A stretch of DNA of 64,000 nucleotides, from the sequence record NC_042136.1; one strand, 5' to 3'. Shown one piece after another: positions 19,944-28,486 of this stretch (the first letter of the stretch is position 1; every line of letters starts with the position of its first letter). Under the pieces are notes generated by a model that was not told the DNA's origin, searched no databases, and saw nothing but the letters and a program-made list of their open reading frames with translations. The position numbers were made by a program, and so were the translations under genes.

Positions 19944-20558
19944 GTGATAAAACCGCAAGACTCTTACTTAGTTGTACACATCCTACGTACGGTTCAAAAA
20001 GAACCACTCCCATTCATCCAAGATATCTTTGATCGTTGGTTGACCATAGGTCGTACAACACATGAATACGGTGGGTTGACTATTAACATTGGACTCAAAC
20101 GTATGGAGCACCGTACAGGAATGGGAGAGTTCACTATGAAAATCAGTGGGCTGCCTGACATCCACCGACCTTCTAATGACATCCCGGGGAGTTACTACGA
20201 ACGTGAACCGTTTCTCTTTGCCTTTGAGCAATCTTTGTTCTTCGATAAAGTGGAAGTGAGTAAGATGTTAACTCACAACTTAGAGAAATACTTAGGGATG
20301 TACGACAACTTCGAGTTTAAGGAAGCTAAGAAGTACTTAGGCGGTCGGGTGAAAGAAGTGGTCACTGAACACTACCCACTCGCCATGAGTTTAACACGCA
20401 GCAACTTGATTAACCGTATTGGGTTATCTCATTTTGATTTCTTGGTGGTGGTCGAACCTAAGGTCGTAGGCGGTAAACTTCGTCTTTATCCGGAGTCCAC
20501 TCTCAACGTTGGTCCCGAGAAACAACTCAAAGTTAAATACGACGAGTTCACCGTATAG
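19944..20558 (+). CDS. Hypothetical protein, 204 aa
   Basis: AGGAG RBS, GTG start, terminator downstream. Confidence 0.7.
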   Translation: MIKPQDSYLVVHILRTVQKEPLPFIQDIFDRWLTIGRTTHEYGGLTINIGLKRMEHRTGMGEFTMKISGLPDIHRPSNDIPGSYYEREPFLFAFEQSLFFDKVEVSKMLTHNLEKYLGMYDNFEFKEAKKYLGGRVKEVVTEHYPLAMSLTRSNLINRIGLSHFDFLVVVEPKVVGGKLRLYPESTLNVGPEKQLKVKYDEFTV

Positions 20559-20561
20559 TCT

Positions 20562-20596
20562 AAAACGTCCCATAATCGCTTATGGGACGTTTTTTA
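20562..20596 (+). terminator. Intrinsic terminator
   Basis: AAAACGTCCCATAA-TCGC-TTATGGGACGTTTT. Confidence 0.75.
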
Positions 20597-20661
20597 GAGA
20601 TTAGCAATGGAACTATCAATTCATTCCTAATCTTTAACTAAGCTTTATACAGGAGCAAATA

Positions 20662-21003
20662 ATGGAACAATTAAAACAAGATTTGGATCACATCTTAATG
20701 GATCTTATTCAACGTGCTCGTAAACATGGATCTGCACGATACATTAACGATATGTTGGATCTTAAACTCGATATCGTTAAAAACGACGTGGTGTTTGACA
20801 TGAACGGTGAAATCCATCACTTCAACGCTTTACGTTTATTAAACCTAAGAGCGTACACCAAAACCTTACGTTTGAATGTCGAGGACTATTTGTCTCACTT
20901 AGATAAACAGTCTGCTAAGACTGATGTTGACTTGATGTGGTACATGCATGCCACTCACGCGGTAAGACATCTAGTCGAGTCTTTAAAGTCACTGGTGAAA
21001 TAA
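20662..21003 (+). CDS. Hypothetical protein, 113 aa
   Basis: AGGAG RBS; terminator hairpin at 21016-21044. Confidence 0.7.
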   Translation: MEQLKQDLDHILMDLIQRARKHGSARYINDMLDLKLDIVKNDVVFDMNGEIHHFNALRLLNLRAYTKTLRLNVEDYLSHLDKQSAKTDVDLMWYMHATHAVRHLVESLKSLVK

Positions 21004-21119
21004 ACTGAGATATCTCCTTAGGAGTCCTATTGGGACTCCTAAGGCTTTAATTGTTATTCATTCGATAAATCATACCAACTCATTAATTAAAACGCTTATA
21101 ACGCGTTATAGGAACTATT

Positions 21120-21848
21120 ATGCCTAAATGTAAATTCGATCTTAAAGCAACTAACCCAACTAATGCTAACGAAGTTCGTATTAATCGCGGTAAGATGGGA
21201 GAGCTGTTCTACGTCACCCGTAGTTTGGTGGACGCGGAAGGCTGGGTGACTCAGCTCATGAATAAAGTTGTTCATAACTATCAACGCCGAAATGGTACTG
21301 CTAGCATAAAACCTGATGTAAGTCTGTTGACTTTACCACCGATGGCTTACAGTGATAAAGGGATAGAGTATTTGGTGGTAGGGGATCGTCTTCCTACCGA
21401 TGTTTCACTTAATAATCGATTTGAAGTGAGGGTTGCTTACGTCCCTGCTAATAACCGACCTTACCAATTAGAGTTCACCGCTCCCTCGTTTCTGTTTCCG
21501 GAGATTGCTTTGGATTACGATAAGGAATACGTTACGGTTAAGTTTACTTTCGCAGCTCAACCTGATCAAGCGGATATCAAACGTACTATTAACGATTACC
21601 TTGGTTATTTCCCTTACAACGCAGATCAGGCTTATGAAGAGTTTTGTGGGCTAGTACGAGCGGAACTACGTAAACCTCAATTCAACTGGTTTGGTAAGAG
21701 TGGTAAATACGTAGTTAACATGACGGGTACTCGTCACCATAATGTCACGTACTATGCAGTAAGACGTAAACTACGTAAGGATGAAATCTACGCTGAATGT
21801 TTACTCCGTACTTTGATGGTTCCTAGCACTACGATAATCGTAAAGTAG
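21120..21848 (+). CDS. Hypothetical protein, 242 aa
   Basis: AGGA RBS; long ORF with phage-like codon usage. Confidence 0.7.
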   Translation: MPKCKFDLKATNPTNANEVRINRGKMGELFYVTRSLVDAEGWVTQLMNKVVHNYQRRNGTASIKPDVSLLTLPPMAYSDKGIEYLVVGDRLPTDVSLNNRFEVRVAYVPANNRPYQLEFTAPSFLFPEIALDYDKEYVTVKFTFAAQPDQADIKRTINDYLGYFPYNADQAYEEFCGLVRAELRKPQFNWFGKSGKYVVNMTGTRHHNVTYYAVRRKLRKDEIYAECLLRTLMVPSTTIIVK

Positions 21849-22092
21849 ATTTTTAGTGGATATATATATTATATGTACTAAATAAAAATGTCGAAGACCC
21901 CCTAAAAAGGATGGGAAAGGGTTTTTATTGCATTTGAGTTGAGAGTACTCCTTAGAGTGAACTATGAGGTACGAGTAGTGAACGGTGAGTGTTGTAGTAC
22001 GAAGTACGTAGACACGATGAAAAGGAGTGTACTCTTCAACGAGAATGTAGTACTACCACTGTAAGGGGAGTACGGTAAGGGATTTATAAATC

Positions 22093-22108
22093 TATATTAC
22101 TTAGAAGT
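22093..22108 (+). promoter_or_regulatory. Early promoter motif
   Basis: Exact TATATTAC (phiKZ early consensus) upstream of ORF 22178. Confidence 0.65.
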
Positions 22109-22177
22109 AAAGTAAAACTGTTTTAAACATACTTATAGGTAATACGGATACCATAGACGACAAGCGAGTTTTTAGTT

Positions 22178-22945
22178 ATGAACAGAGTACAAACCATACC
22201 ACATACGAACGTTCATCACGTTCACGGATCAATCGTTACCAGTAACGGTAGACTGAATCGACAAACCAACATTATGATCACGATCAAGGGTCATAAGCAA
22301 GTACGGTTAACCAGAGCACAAAACTGGATAAAGCATTTAACGAAACTACGAGATGGGTTTCCTATTCACTTAATCGATCAAGCGGAAGAGTTATGCTTTA
22401 AGGAAGTACTATTACCGACTTACAAAGATTACGCCGTTAATGTTCCTTATTTGAGTTGTATGTTGCGGTGGGAAGGATTAGAACTATTCGTTCTACCGGG
22501 GTTCTTAGGGAACGCGGTGAGTGCGGAAGGTAAGGTTTACGAGCTGTACTTAGACGAAAGTAAGAAAGAATGGTACTGGGCAGAGATCTATCCTAATCAA
22601 AACGATTGTTATGATTTGATCAACAGCATCGACGGGGATATGTTAGAGCTCAGCGTAGAAGACATTATCTATTTGTTGAAGAGTGATCACGTCACTACAC
22701 AACAAGTCATCGATTTCTACGAGAAGCGTAACGTAGATCGTAAAGCAGAATTAGCGTTAGGAGATGGTTGGGTGAGTATTGATCCAGTAGACGCAGATAA
22801 AACAGAAGCGTTCGGGTTATTAGACAAAGATAACGTGGTCGTTACTTTAGATACTAAACCAAAAACCGTCGTAGAAGCTTTCCTACGAGCTTACCACCAA
22901 GTTAACGGAGATGCCTTAGACTGGCGTAGTCAAGTCGCCGTATAA
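22178..22945 (+). CDS. Hypothetical early protein, 255 aa
   Basis: Downstream of an early promoter; LPGFLGNAVSAEGKV is faintly NUMOD4-like. Confidence 0.65.
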   Translation: MNRVQTIPHTNVHHVHGSIVTSNGRLNRQTNIMITIKGHKQVRLTRAQNWIKHLTKLRDGFPIHLIDQAEELCFKEVLLPTYKDYAVNVPYLSCMLRWEGLELFVLPGFLGNAVSAEGKVYELYLDESKKEWYWAEIYPNQNDCYDLINSIDGDMLELSVEDIIYLLKSDHVTTQQVIDFYEKRNVDRKAELALGDGWVSIDPVDADKTEAFGLLDKDNVVVTLDTKPKTVVEAFLRAYHQVNGDALDWRSQVAV

Positions 22946-23021
22946 GCTTATCACGCCCTACCTCAGCTAAATACTGGGGTAGGGGTTATTTTTCATTTTA
23001 CATTTATTTAAGGATAGCACC

Positions 23022-24170
23022 ATGTCCAACGTCTACGTTCCTAGACTACCAGTTAGTGATGTTAGAGAAGTAAACCAAACTTTTAATTATTTAAAGTCCC
23101 ATTTCAAAACAACAGGATTGATTAGTGAAGTATGCGCTCACCTCAACATCACACCTCATCAACTACGTTACCTGTTTGCTAAAGATGGACTAGAAACCCC
23201 TAAATACTATTTAGCGAAGTTACGTAGTGAATACGCCATGCATGAAGTCACTACGACCGAACGTCCTATTAGCGAGATTATGTCCGATCTCCTTTACGAG
23301 AACGTCCACCGTTTTACAAACTGGTACGTGTTTCACGCTAAACTATCTCCTATTAAGCATCGCATCGCAGTCAAAATGCAAGAACAAGGTAAACAACCAT
23401 CGATGGATACTCCGACTGATGTAGCTAAACGTTTGAAAAACAAAATCGACACAGAGTTTACCGACATCATAGAAATCAAGTCTATCATGGAAGACACCGT
23501 GTTTGCTGATGTCAGTGTACGTCGAGCATTTAAGCGCTTAACTAACCATGCTCCGAAAGAGTACTTGATCAAAGTCCAATGTGATTACGTAGCAAGACGT
23601 ATTAAGAAAGATGGTTGGATAAAACAATCCATTTTGAAACACGTCAAGCAAAGTCGTATTACCGGGTTCAACAACATGTTCAAGAAACATTACGGGATGA
23701 CCACATTTGAATACGGACGAGTGCATAGTTTTGGTTATACTGCGATGGTGTGTGGTGTACAACGCTGGGTAAACCAACACTTAATGGATGAGATCTTAGA
23801 ACACTTAGCCGAAGAAGTCTTCACGGACCATCAACCTATAAGAGACATCCAGAAGTTCTACGGGATCCACTACGGTAACTGGTCTAAGATGTTTGAACAA
23901 ACGGTAGGGATGAACGCTAAATGCACATACCGTGCTTTAGAGCTCGAAGGAGCACTATATCTAATCCAACACACCAGTTGGAACATCGAGCGTATCATCA
24001 GTGTCGCAACCAGTGGCAATAGAAGTTCTTTTTGTATGTCGTTCCGTTCTCACTTTGGTTTAACTCCGACGGAAGCCCGTCGTTATCCTGAACGTGTTAT
24101 GCGTTTAAAGGGAACAGAAGGATTAAGAAAATATATCGAGGTAGGTGTTAAGAACATCACACTAAGTTAA
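23022..24170 (+). CDS. AraC-family protein made of three tandem DNA-binding domains, 382 aa
   Basis: Three repeats of the AraC double-HTH pattern ending in LSPIKHR, FKKHYGMTTFEYG and FRSHFGLTPTEAR; no ligand-binding domain. Confidence 0.8.
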   Translation: MSNVYVPRLPVSDVREVNQTFNYLKSHFKTTGLISEVCAHLNITPHQLRYLFAKDGLETPKYYLAKLRSEYAMHEVTTTERPISEIMSDLLYENVHRFTNWYVFHAKLSPIKHRIAVKMQEQGKQPSMDTPTDVAKRLKNKIDTEFTDIIEIKSIMEDTVFADVSVRRAFKRLTNHAPKEYLIKVQCDYVARRIKKDGWIKQSILKHVKQSRITGFNNMFKKHYGMTTFEYGRVHSFGYTAMVCGVQRWVNQHLMDEILEHLAEEVFTDHQPIRDIQKFYGIHYGNWSKMFEQTVGMNAKCTYRALELEGALYLIQHTSWNIERIISVATSGNRSSFCMSFRSHFGLTPTEARRYPERVMRLKGTEGLRKYIEVGVKNITLS

Positions 24171-24181
24171 GGTAATAAACC

Positions 24182-24889
24182 ATGAAAGCAGAATTTAGAG
24201 ATAAGCTTTTTAAAGATACGTTAAAATGGATAGACAACAACTTTCATCGTTCCATTCGTGCTAAAGACATCGGTGATCAACTGGGTATGAGTATGAATAA
24301 CGTGACTGATCTGTTTCGCCGTCAACTGGATACCACGCCCGGAGAATATCTCCGGGTTGTTCGGATGAAACACGCCAAACAACTATTGATGAAAGGCGTT
24401 AGACCAACCTCAGTTTACAAACAAACCGGCTACAGTTCTTACCGCGCTTTCACTAGAGTCTATCAAATACACTTTGGTGTCCAACCTTCCCAAGACTACC
24501 ATTACTTCATGGGAGTGATAACGGAACCGATGGCAACACCACAAATGGACACACTTTATCCATTTGCCTTACGGAAACGTATCGTCGATTATGTCAAAGA
24601 CAACATTCAGTGTAATTACACGTTACGTGATCTAGAATCTCGTTTCAAGTTACCGGGGAGTTGTTTAGGAGAAATGTTCGTGCACTATTACGACCAGACC
24701 TATACGGACTGGCGTAAATCTTTACGCATGCGCATGGCTTCAGACTTAATCCGAGATAACCCGAAGATTGACGTAACACGTATCCATGGACAACTTGGCA
24801 TCTGTTCCTTCCAATACTTCGTAACTTTATTTAAACAACACTACCGTACGCATCCTCAATCGTACGCGAATGCATTCAAGAGAAAATGA
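24182..24889 (+). CDS. AraC-family protein with two DNA-binding domains, 235 aa
   Basis: LFRRQLDTTPGEYLRVVRMKHAKQLL...GYSSYRAFTRVYQIHFGVQP, plus a second repeat ending FKQHYRTHPQSY. Confidence 0.85.
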   Translation: MKAEFRDKLFKDTLKWIDNNFHRSIRAKDIGDQLGMSMNNVTDLFRRQLDTTPGEYLRVVRMKHAKQLLMKGVRPTSVYKQTGYSSYRAFTRVYQIHFGVQPSQDYHYFMGVITEPMATPQMDTLYPFALRKRIVDYVKDNIQCNYTLRDLESRFKLPGSCLGEMFVHYYDQTYTDWRKSLRMRMASDLIRDNPKIDVTRIHGQLGICSFQYFVTLFKQHYRTHPQSYANAFKRK

Positions 24890-25596
24890 ATATGACTGAC
24901 CACGAATTAGCACTACAAATCCAAGACTACGTTAAAGAAATCTATATGAAACCTCGTCCATCTAACTTGGTTTACACTAAGTTCAATATGAGTGGACCTG
25001 TCATGGGACGTTTCTTGGAACGATTAAATCATCCTTCAATCAAAGTAATGTTGGTGGAAGCCCGTATGGAGCGAGCGAAAGAACTCCTAGCACAAGACAT
25101 GGTTAATGTTCCGGGGATCCATACCCATGTAGGTTACTCTACTCGTAATAGTTTCGAGCGTCGTTTCAAAGATCACGTTGGTATGTCCCCAGCGGTCTAT
25201 CGCAAAAAGATCCAAGAACAACAAACCGAGCAAGAACACATGACTTACTCTAAACGAGTTAACGAGGTTACTCAAAACGAACTCCGTAAATACTTGATCA
25301 AACACTTCCGGGAACCAGAACTGACGTTGAACCGTGTGCAAGATGTTTTTAACCTCAGCAAGGATGAGATCCAAGAGATCATCGGCATCGTTTACAATTG
25401 CACGTTTGAAGAACGACTCTTAACTATGCGTTTAGAAGAAGTCGGTAACCTTTTAGTGAAAACCACACGAACACCACGACAACTCTCTACCGAGTGTGGG
25501 TTTGTGAGTTATCACTATTTCGTGGGTCAATTCACTAAACGTTTTACGGTAGGTCCTAAACACTATCGTCAACTAAAATTAATCAAGGCTATATAA
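24886..25596 (+). CDS. AraC-family protein with two DNA-binding domains, 236 aa
   Basis: RMERAKELL...VGYSTRNSFERRFKDHVGMSPAVYR and CGFVSYHYFVGQFTKRFTVGPKHYR; ATGA overlap with the previous gene. Confidence 0.85.
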   Translation: MNMTDHELALQIQDYVKEIYMKPRPSNLVYTKFNMSGPVMGRFLERLNHPSIKVMLVEARMERAKELLAQDMVNVPGIHTHVGYSTRNSFERRFKDHVGMSPAVYRKKIQEQQTEQEHMTYSKRVNEVTQNELRKYLIKHFREPELTLNRVQDVFNLSKDEIQEIIGIVYNCTFEERLLTMRLEEVGNLLVKTTRTPRQLSTECGFVSYHYFVGQFTKRFTVGPKHYRQLKLIKAI

Positions 25597-25605
25597 CTGG
25601 GGTGT
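25590..25605 (+). promoter_or_regulatory. Early promoter motif facing a non-coding region
   Basis: TATATAAC-tgg-GGTGT, overlapping the stop codon of the third AraC gene. Confidence 0.65.
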
Positions 25606-25790
25606 AATACTATGTGGGTAATGACTAGCTGACCATCTAAATGAAGAATTGAACAATCTTGGTGTATACCGCAATTGACGACATAATTTGGAATCTATCC
25701 TCGGCACCCACATCACCCTTTCACTAATTGGGTGTACAAAACGGGTATAAAGCGCAAGGCCGTCATTTTACGATGACGGCACTTATTATG
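25606..25790 (+). ncRNA. Putative structured small RNA 1
   Basis: Lies between an early promoter and the hairpin GCCGTCAT/ATGACGGC (25759-25780); no usable + ORF; stems ATGTGGGT/ACCCACAT and CACCC/GGGTG. Confidence 0.4.
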
Positions 25791-25859
25791 TTGGAAAGTA
25801 AGTACATGAATGTTTATTCCCTTGTTTTCATTTTTGTTGAGCCCTTACTTTCTGACGCC

Positions 25860-26089
25860 ATATATCGGCGGAAGGTTTCCTTCATTCCCTGTCGCCGGTA
25901 AGTTCACCTGACCGCATCGATAAAGGTGAATAGCTGTCTCTACAGCCGGCTGTGCTCTTTCCCAACATGGGTCCTCCAATTCCCCTGTTGGTCCTCCTTG
26001 TGAGAGCATAGTTCGGGTGTTCCGACACCGCCACTGCTTTCATGCAATGCTTTGCAAACCATCTCCTTGACGGGAGATGGTTCTTTTTT
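25860..26089 (+). ncRNA. Putative structured small RNA 2 (multi-branch, CCUCC-rich loops)
   Basis: GC-rich non-coding stretch with about 7 nested or adjacent helices, G-U pairs on the + strand, ending in an intrinsic terminator. Confidence 0.5.
26057..26089 (+). terminator. Intrinsic terminator
   Basis: AACCATCTCC-TTGACG-GGAGATGGTT followed by CTTTTTT. Confidence 0.8.
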
Positions 26090-26235
26090 GCTTTTATACT
26101 TATTTTAAACTTTACGGTAAACTTCCTGTAACGCTTTCTAAGCCTGTTTACCCCATCTTACCACCCAATGTAAAGGGTAACTGCGTGCGCCATCATTTAG
26201 GTGCGTTTCAAGCGGTTTAAACACGGAATTAACTT

Positions 26236-26529
26236 ATGAGTCAAAACAACTTATCTATCGTCGGGGTTTGTTTCTCAGATTATCAAGATCTGATAAACGA
26301 CACCCGTAATGACAATCTTGGGCTAGCGCTCATACAAGAAGCATTATTGGATCAAGGTTACCACGTCAACCATGTACAGTATGTCGAAGGTGACCCATCC
26401 ACATTAGCGGAAGTGCGTGCTTATGTTCGTGGAGCTATCTCTGATCAATCGAATGGAATACCTACTAATGTGAACGTCGGAATCAAACCGGCAAATCAAC
26501 ATTGTTATTCCGTATTGTTTTTTAAATAG
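26236..26529 (+). CDS. Hypothetical protein, 97 aa
   Basis: First ORF of a tightly packed operon of small genes. Confidence 0.65.
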   Translation: MSQNNLSIVGVCFSDYQDLINDTRNDNLGLALIQEALLDQGYHVNHVQYVEGDPSTLAEVRAYVRGAISDQSNGIPTNVNVGIKPANQHCYSVLFFK

Positions 26530-26537
26530 AGGTTACT

Positions 26538-26993
26538 ATGTATTTTGTAGATACACGTGGGATGACTGACAGTCTACTCACTTTCGATGCTGTTGGATCA
26601 ACTCGAGTAGAATTATCACCGTACCCAACGATTATTATAGAGGACGTGATTGTGTTGTATAACTCAGGTGACGAATCCAATCTATATGAACGCATTGGTC
26701 ATATCACGAAAGCAATGAGTAATAACCTAGCGGTAGAACAACTTTATCTTTCCGTTTACAACGGACTTAAAGATTATGCTCGCAGCGCAGGGTGGGATCC
26801 TCGTATCATGGTGAAATTAAGTGATTACCGTGGACGAGACCACAGCGGAGAAATAGTCCAGTTACTTATTGTTATGGATTTAGATATGACAATGGAAACA
26901 CGTTACGATCCATTTAGCCCTACGACGTCTTTAGGAGAAATGATCAGTGATAACCCAACTCCCGATCAAATGTCAAACTTCATCCAGTCATAA
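26538..26993 (+). CDS. Hypothetical acidic protein, 151 aa
   Basis: GAGG RBS; packed operon. Confidence 0.7.
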   Translation: MYFVDTRGMTDSLLTFDAVGSTRVELSPYPTIIIEDVIVLYNSGDESNLYERIGHITKAMSNNLAVEQLYLSVYNGLKDYARSAGWDPRIMVKLSDYRGRDHSGEIVQLLIVMDLDMTMETRYDPFSPTTSLGEMISDNPTPDQMSNFIQS

Positions 26994-27528
26994 CACTTAT
27001 TCGTTAGGGGTTTCTGACGTTTACGATACCATCGCTGGACGTTTAATGTGGGATAACGACAAACGTAATATCCCTATTCCCAAAATAGGTGCGGTAGCCA
27101 GTGCCCTCATGGCATACACAGTAATGTCTATCGCCGACCATACTAATTTCGAATACCGTCGATTACCAAGTGATCGACACGGTTACACACCGTTGTATGT
27201 ATTTAACAAACCGAAAGATAGCATGGATTTCGTCTTTGCAGAAAACTACAGTGAATACGATACTCGAGTATTGCGTGACTATTATACCGCGGATGCCTTG
27301 GAGGTAATTGTGGACGATATCCGTTATTTGATATTGTCGGAACTTTACCGAATGACGCCCAACACGTATTTCAGTCATAAGGTGACAATCTCTTTACCTC
27401 ACGTTCGATGTTTGTTCGTGACGATACATAACGAAGACATGGTGGAGTGTGATGAAGATATTATTCATGATGGAGCCGATGGCGGACTTCATCTCCCGGA
27501 GGGACTTAGTTCGATTTACGGGGATTGA
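26947..27528 (+). CDS. Hypothetical protein, up to 193 aa (start uncertain)
   Basis: Packed operon; the true start may lie downstream. Confidence 0.6.
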   Translation: MITQLPIKCQTSSSHNTYSLGVSDVYDTIAGRLMWDNDKRNIPIPKIGAVASALMAYTVMSIADHTNFEYRRLPSDRHGYTPLYVFNKPKDSMDFVFAENYSEYDTRVLRDYYTADALEVIVDDIRYLILSELYRMTPNTYFSHKVTISLPHVRCLFVTIHNEDMVECDEDIIHDGADGGLHLPEGLSSIYGD

Positions 27529-27835
27529 ACAAGGACCTTTATTACATACTTTCTTTGTAGTGGCGTATGAAAACGTCATCTCATATGGAAGGACAGGTGC
27601 GGTAGAGTTAGCCAAAGGAAACATGCTCAGTCAAGTATTAGAAAACCTAATACGTTTAGATTTGAGTAACGACTTTCCTTGGTTAACCACCGCGCATGAA
27701 CTTAAAGCTCTTGGTGTCATCCTAGTGGAAGCAATGGATGACTTACTCACAGGAAATTCAATCATTAGTTACCAGCCTGTGCCGAAGACTAAATTCCCTC
27801 AGGCTATGGTAGTGGAGTGTGTACGTGAACAATAA
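27449..27835 (+). CDS. Hypothetical protein, up to 128 aa (start uncertain)
   Basis: Packed operon. Confidence 0.6.
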   Translation: MMKILFMMEPMADFISRRDLVRFTGIEQGPLLHTFFVVAYENVISYGRTGAVELAKGNMLSQVLENLIRLDLSNDFPWLTTAHELKALGVILVEAMDDLLTGNSIISYQPVPKTKFPQAMVVECVREQ

Positions 27836-28154
27836 TAAAACTTTTTCTCATTCATTGACGGTCCCACCGGCGACCAACATGGATGATTTGTGTGCCTTTA
27901 TAGGTAAACTAGTAGCAGCTCGTGGCGTGACTCATAACCTTTACGTTATGTCGGACAACGAATTGGATCACCCTATCCCAGAGTCCAAACAACAACTCTT
28001 GGCTGAAGCAATCCAGTTGAGTCAAGTTTTGGCTTCGGTATGTAACCAATACACCAACGTGGAACTCACCGAAGCCAAATTCGCCATGAATCAAGTAATC
28101 CTTATGTTTACTTGTTCAGGAGATCGAACTCATGAATACATACCTATTGGCTAG
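27819..28154 (+). CDS. Hypothetical protein, 111 aa
   Basis: GGAG RBS, GTG start, overlaps neighbours. Confidence 0.6.
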   Translation: MYVNNNKTFSHSLTVPPATNMDDLCAFIGKLVAARGVTHNLYVMSDNELDHPIPESKQQLLAEAIQLSQVLASVCNQYTNVELTEAKFAMNQVILMFTCSGDRTHEYIPIG

Positions 28155-28461
28155 TGTCGATTACCCGGCATTAACGAGTTATGTTAATCGGTTGTATGAT
28201 GAAGATCACGCGGTACTCACCACGGAAATGTTAGGAACTCATTTAACAACCCATTTAGCGATGTTGAATGATAAAGGGGAAGACCCTGACCCAGTCCTAA
28301 CCGAGATGTTATTTATCAATCCCATGTTTCACCTCACCCATTTCCCGGTTATGATAGATCGTACAGCGTTTACGATAACTTGGGAAAACGGTTTGGTTTG
28401 TGAGTGTCCCATGATCATACTCATGCGACGGCTTTATTACGATCATTTCTATAGGCAGTAA
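28132..28461 (+). CDS. Hypothetical protein, 109 aa
   Basis: AGGAG RBS. Confidence 0.7.
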   Translation: MNTYLLASVDYPALTSYVNRLYDEDHAVLTTEMLGTHLTTHLAMLNDKGEDPDPVLTEMLFINPMFHLTHFPVMIDRTAFTITWENGLVCECPMIILMRRLYYDHFYRQ

Positions 28462-28486
28462 GCCTACCAACTTAGGAGAAATATCA

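Noticed and set aside
25908-25932. Hammerhead ribozyme core
   Set aside because: CTGACCG does not match CUGANGA and no correctly placed GAAA follows
25867-26033. tRNA or tmRNA suggested by GGCGG...CCGCCA ends
   Set aside because: Only 5 bp of acceptor-like pairing, no 7-nt T-loop or D-arm, no tag ORF
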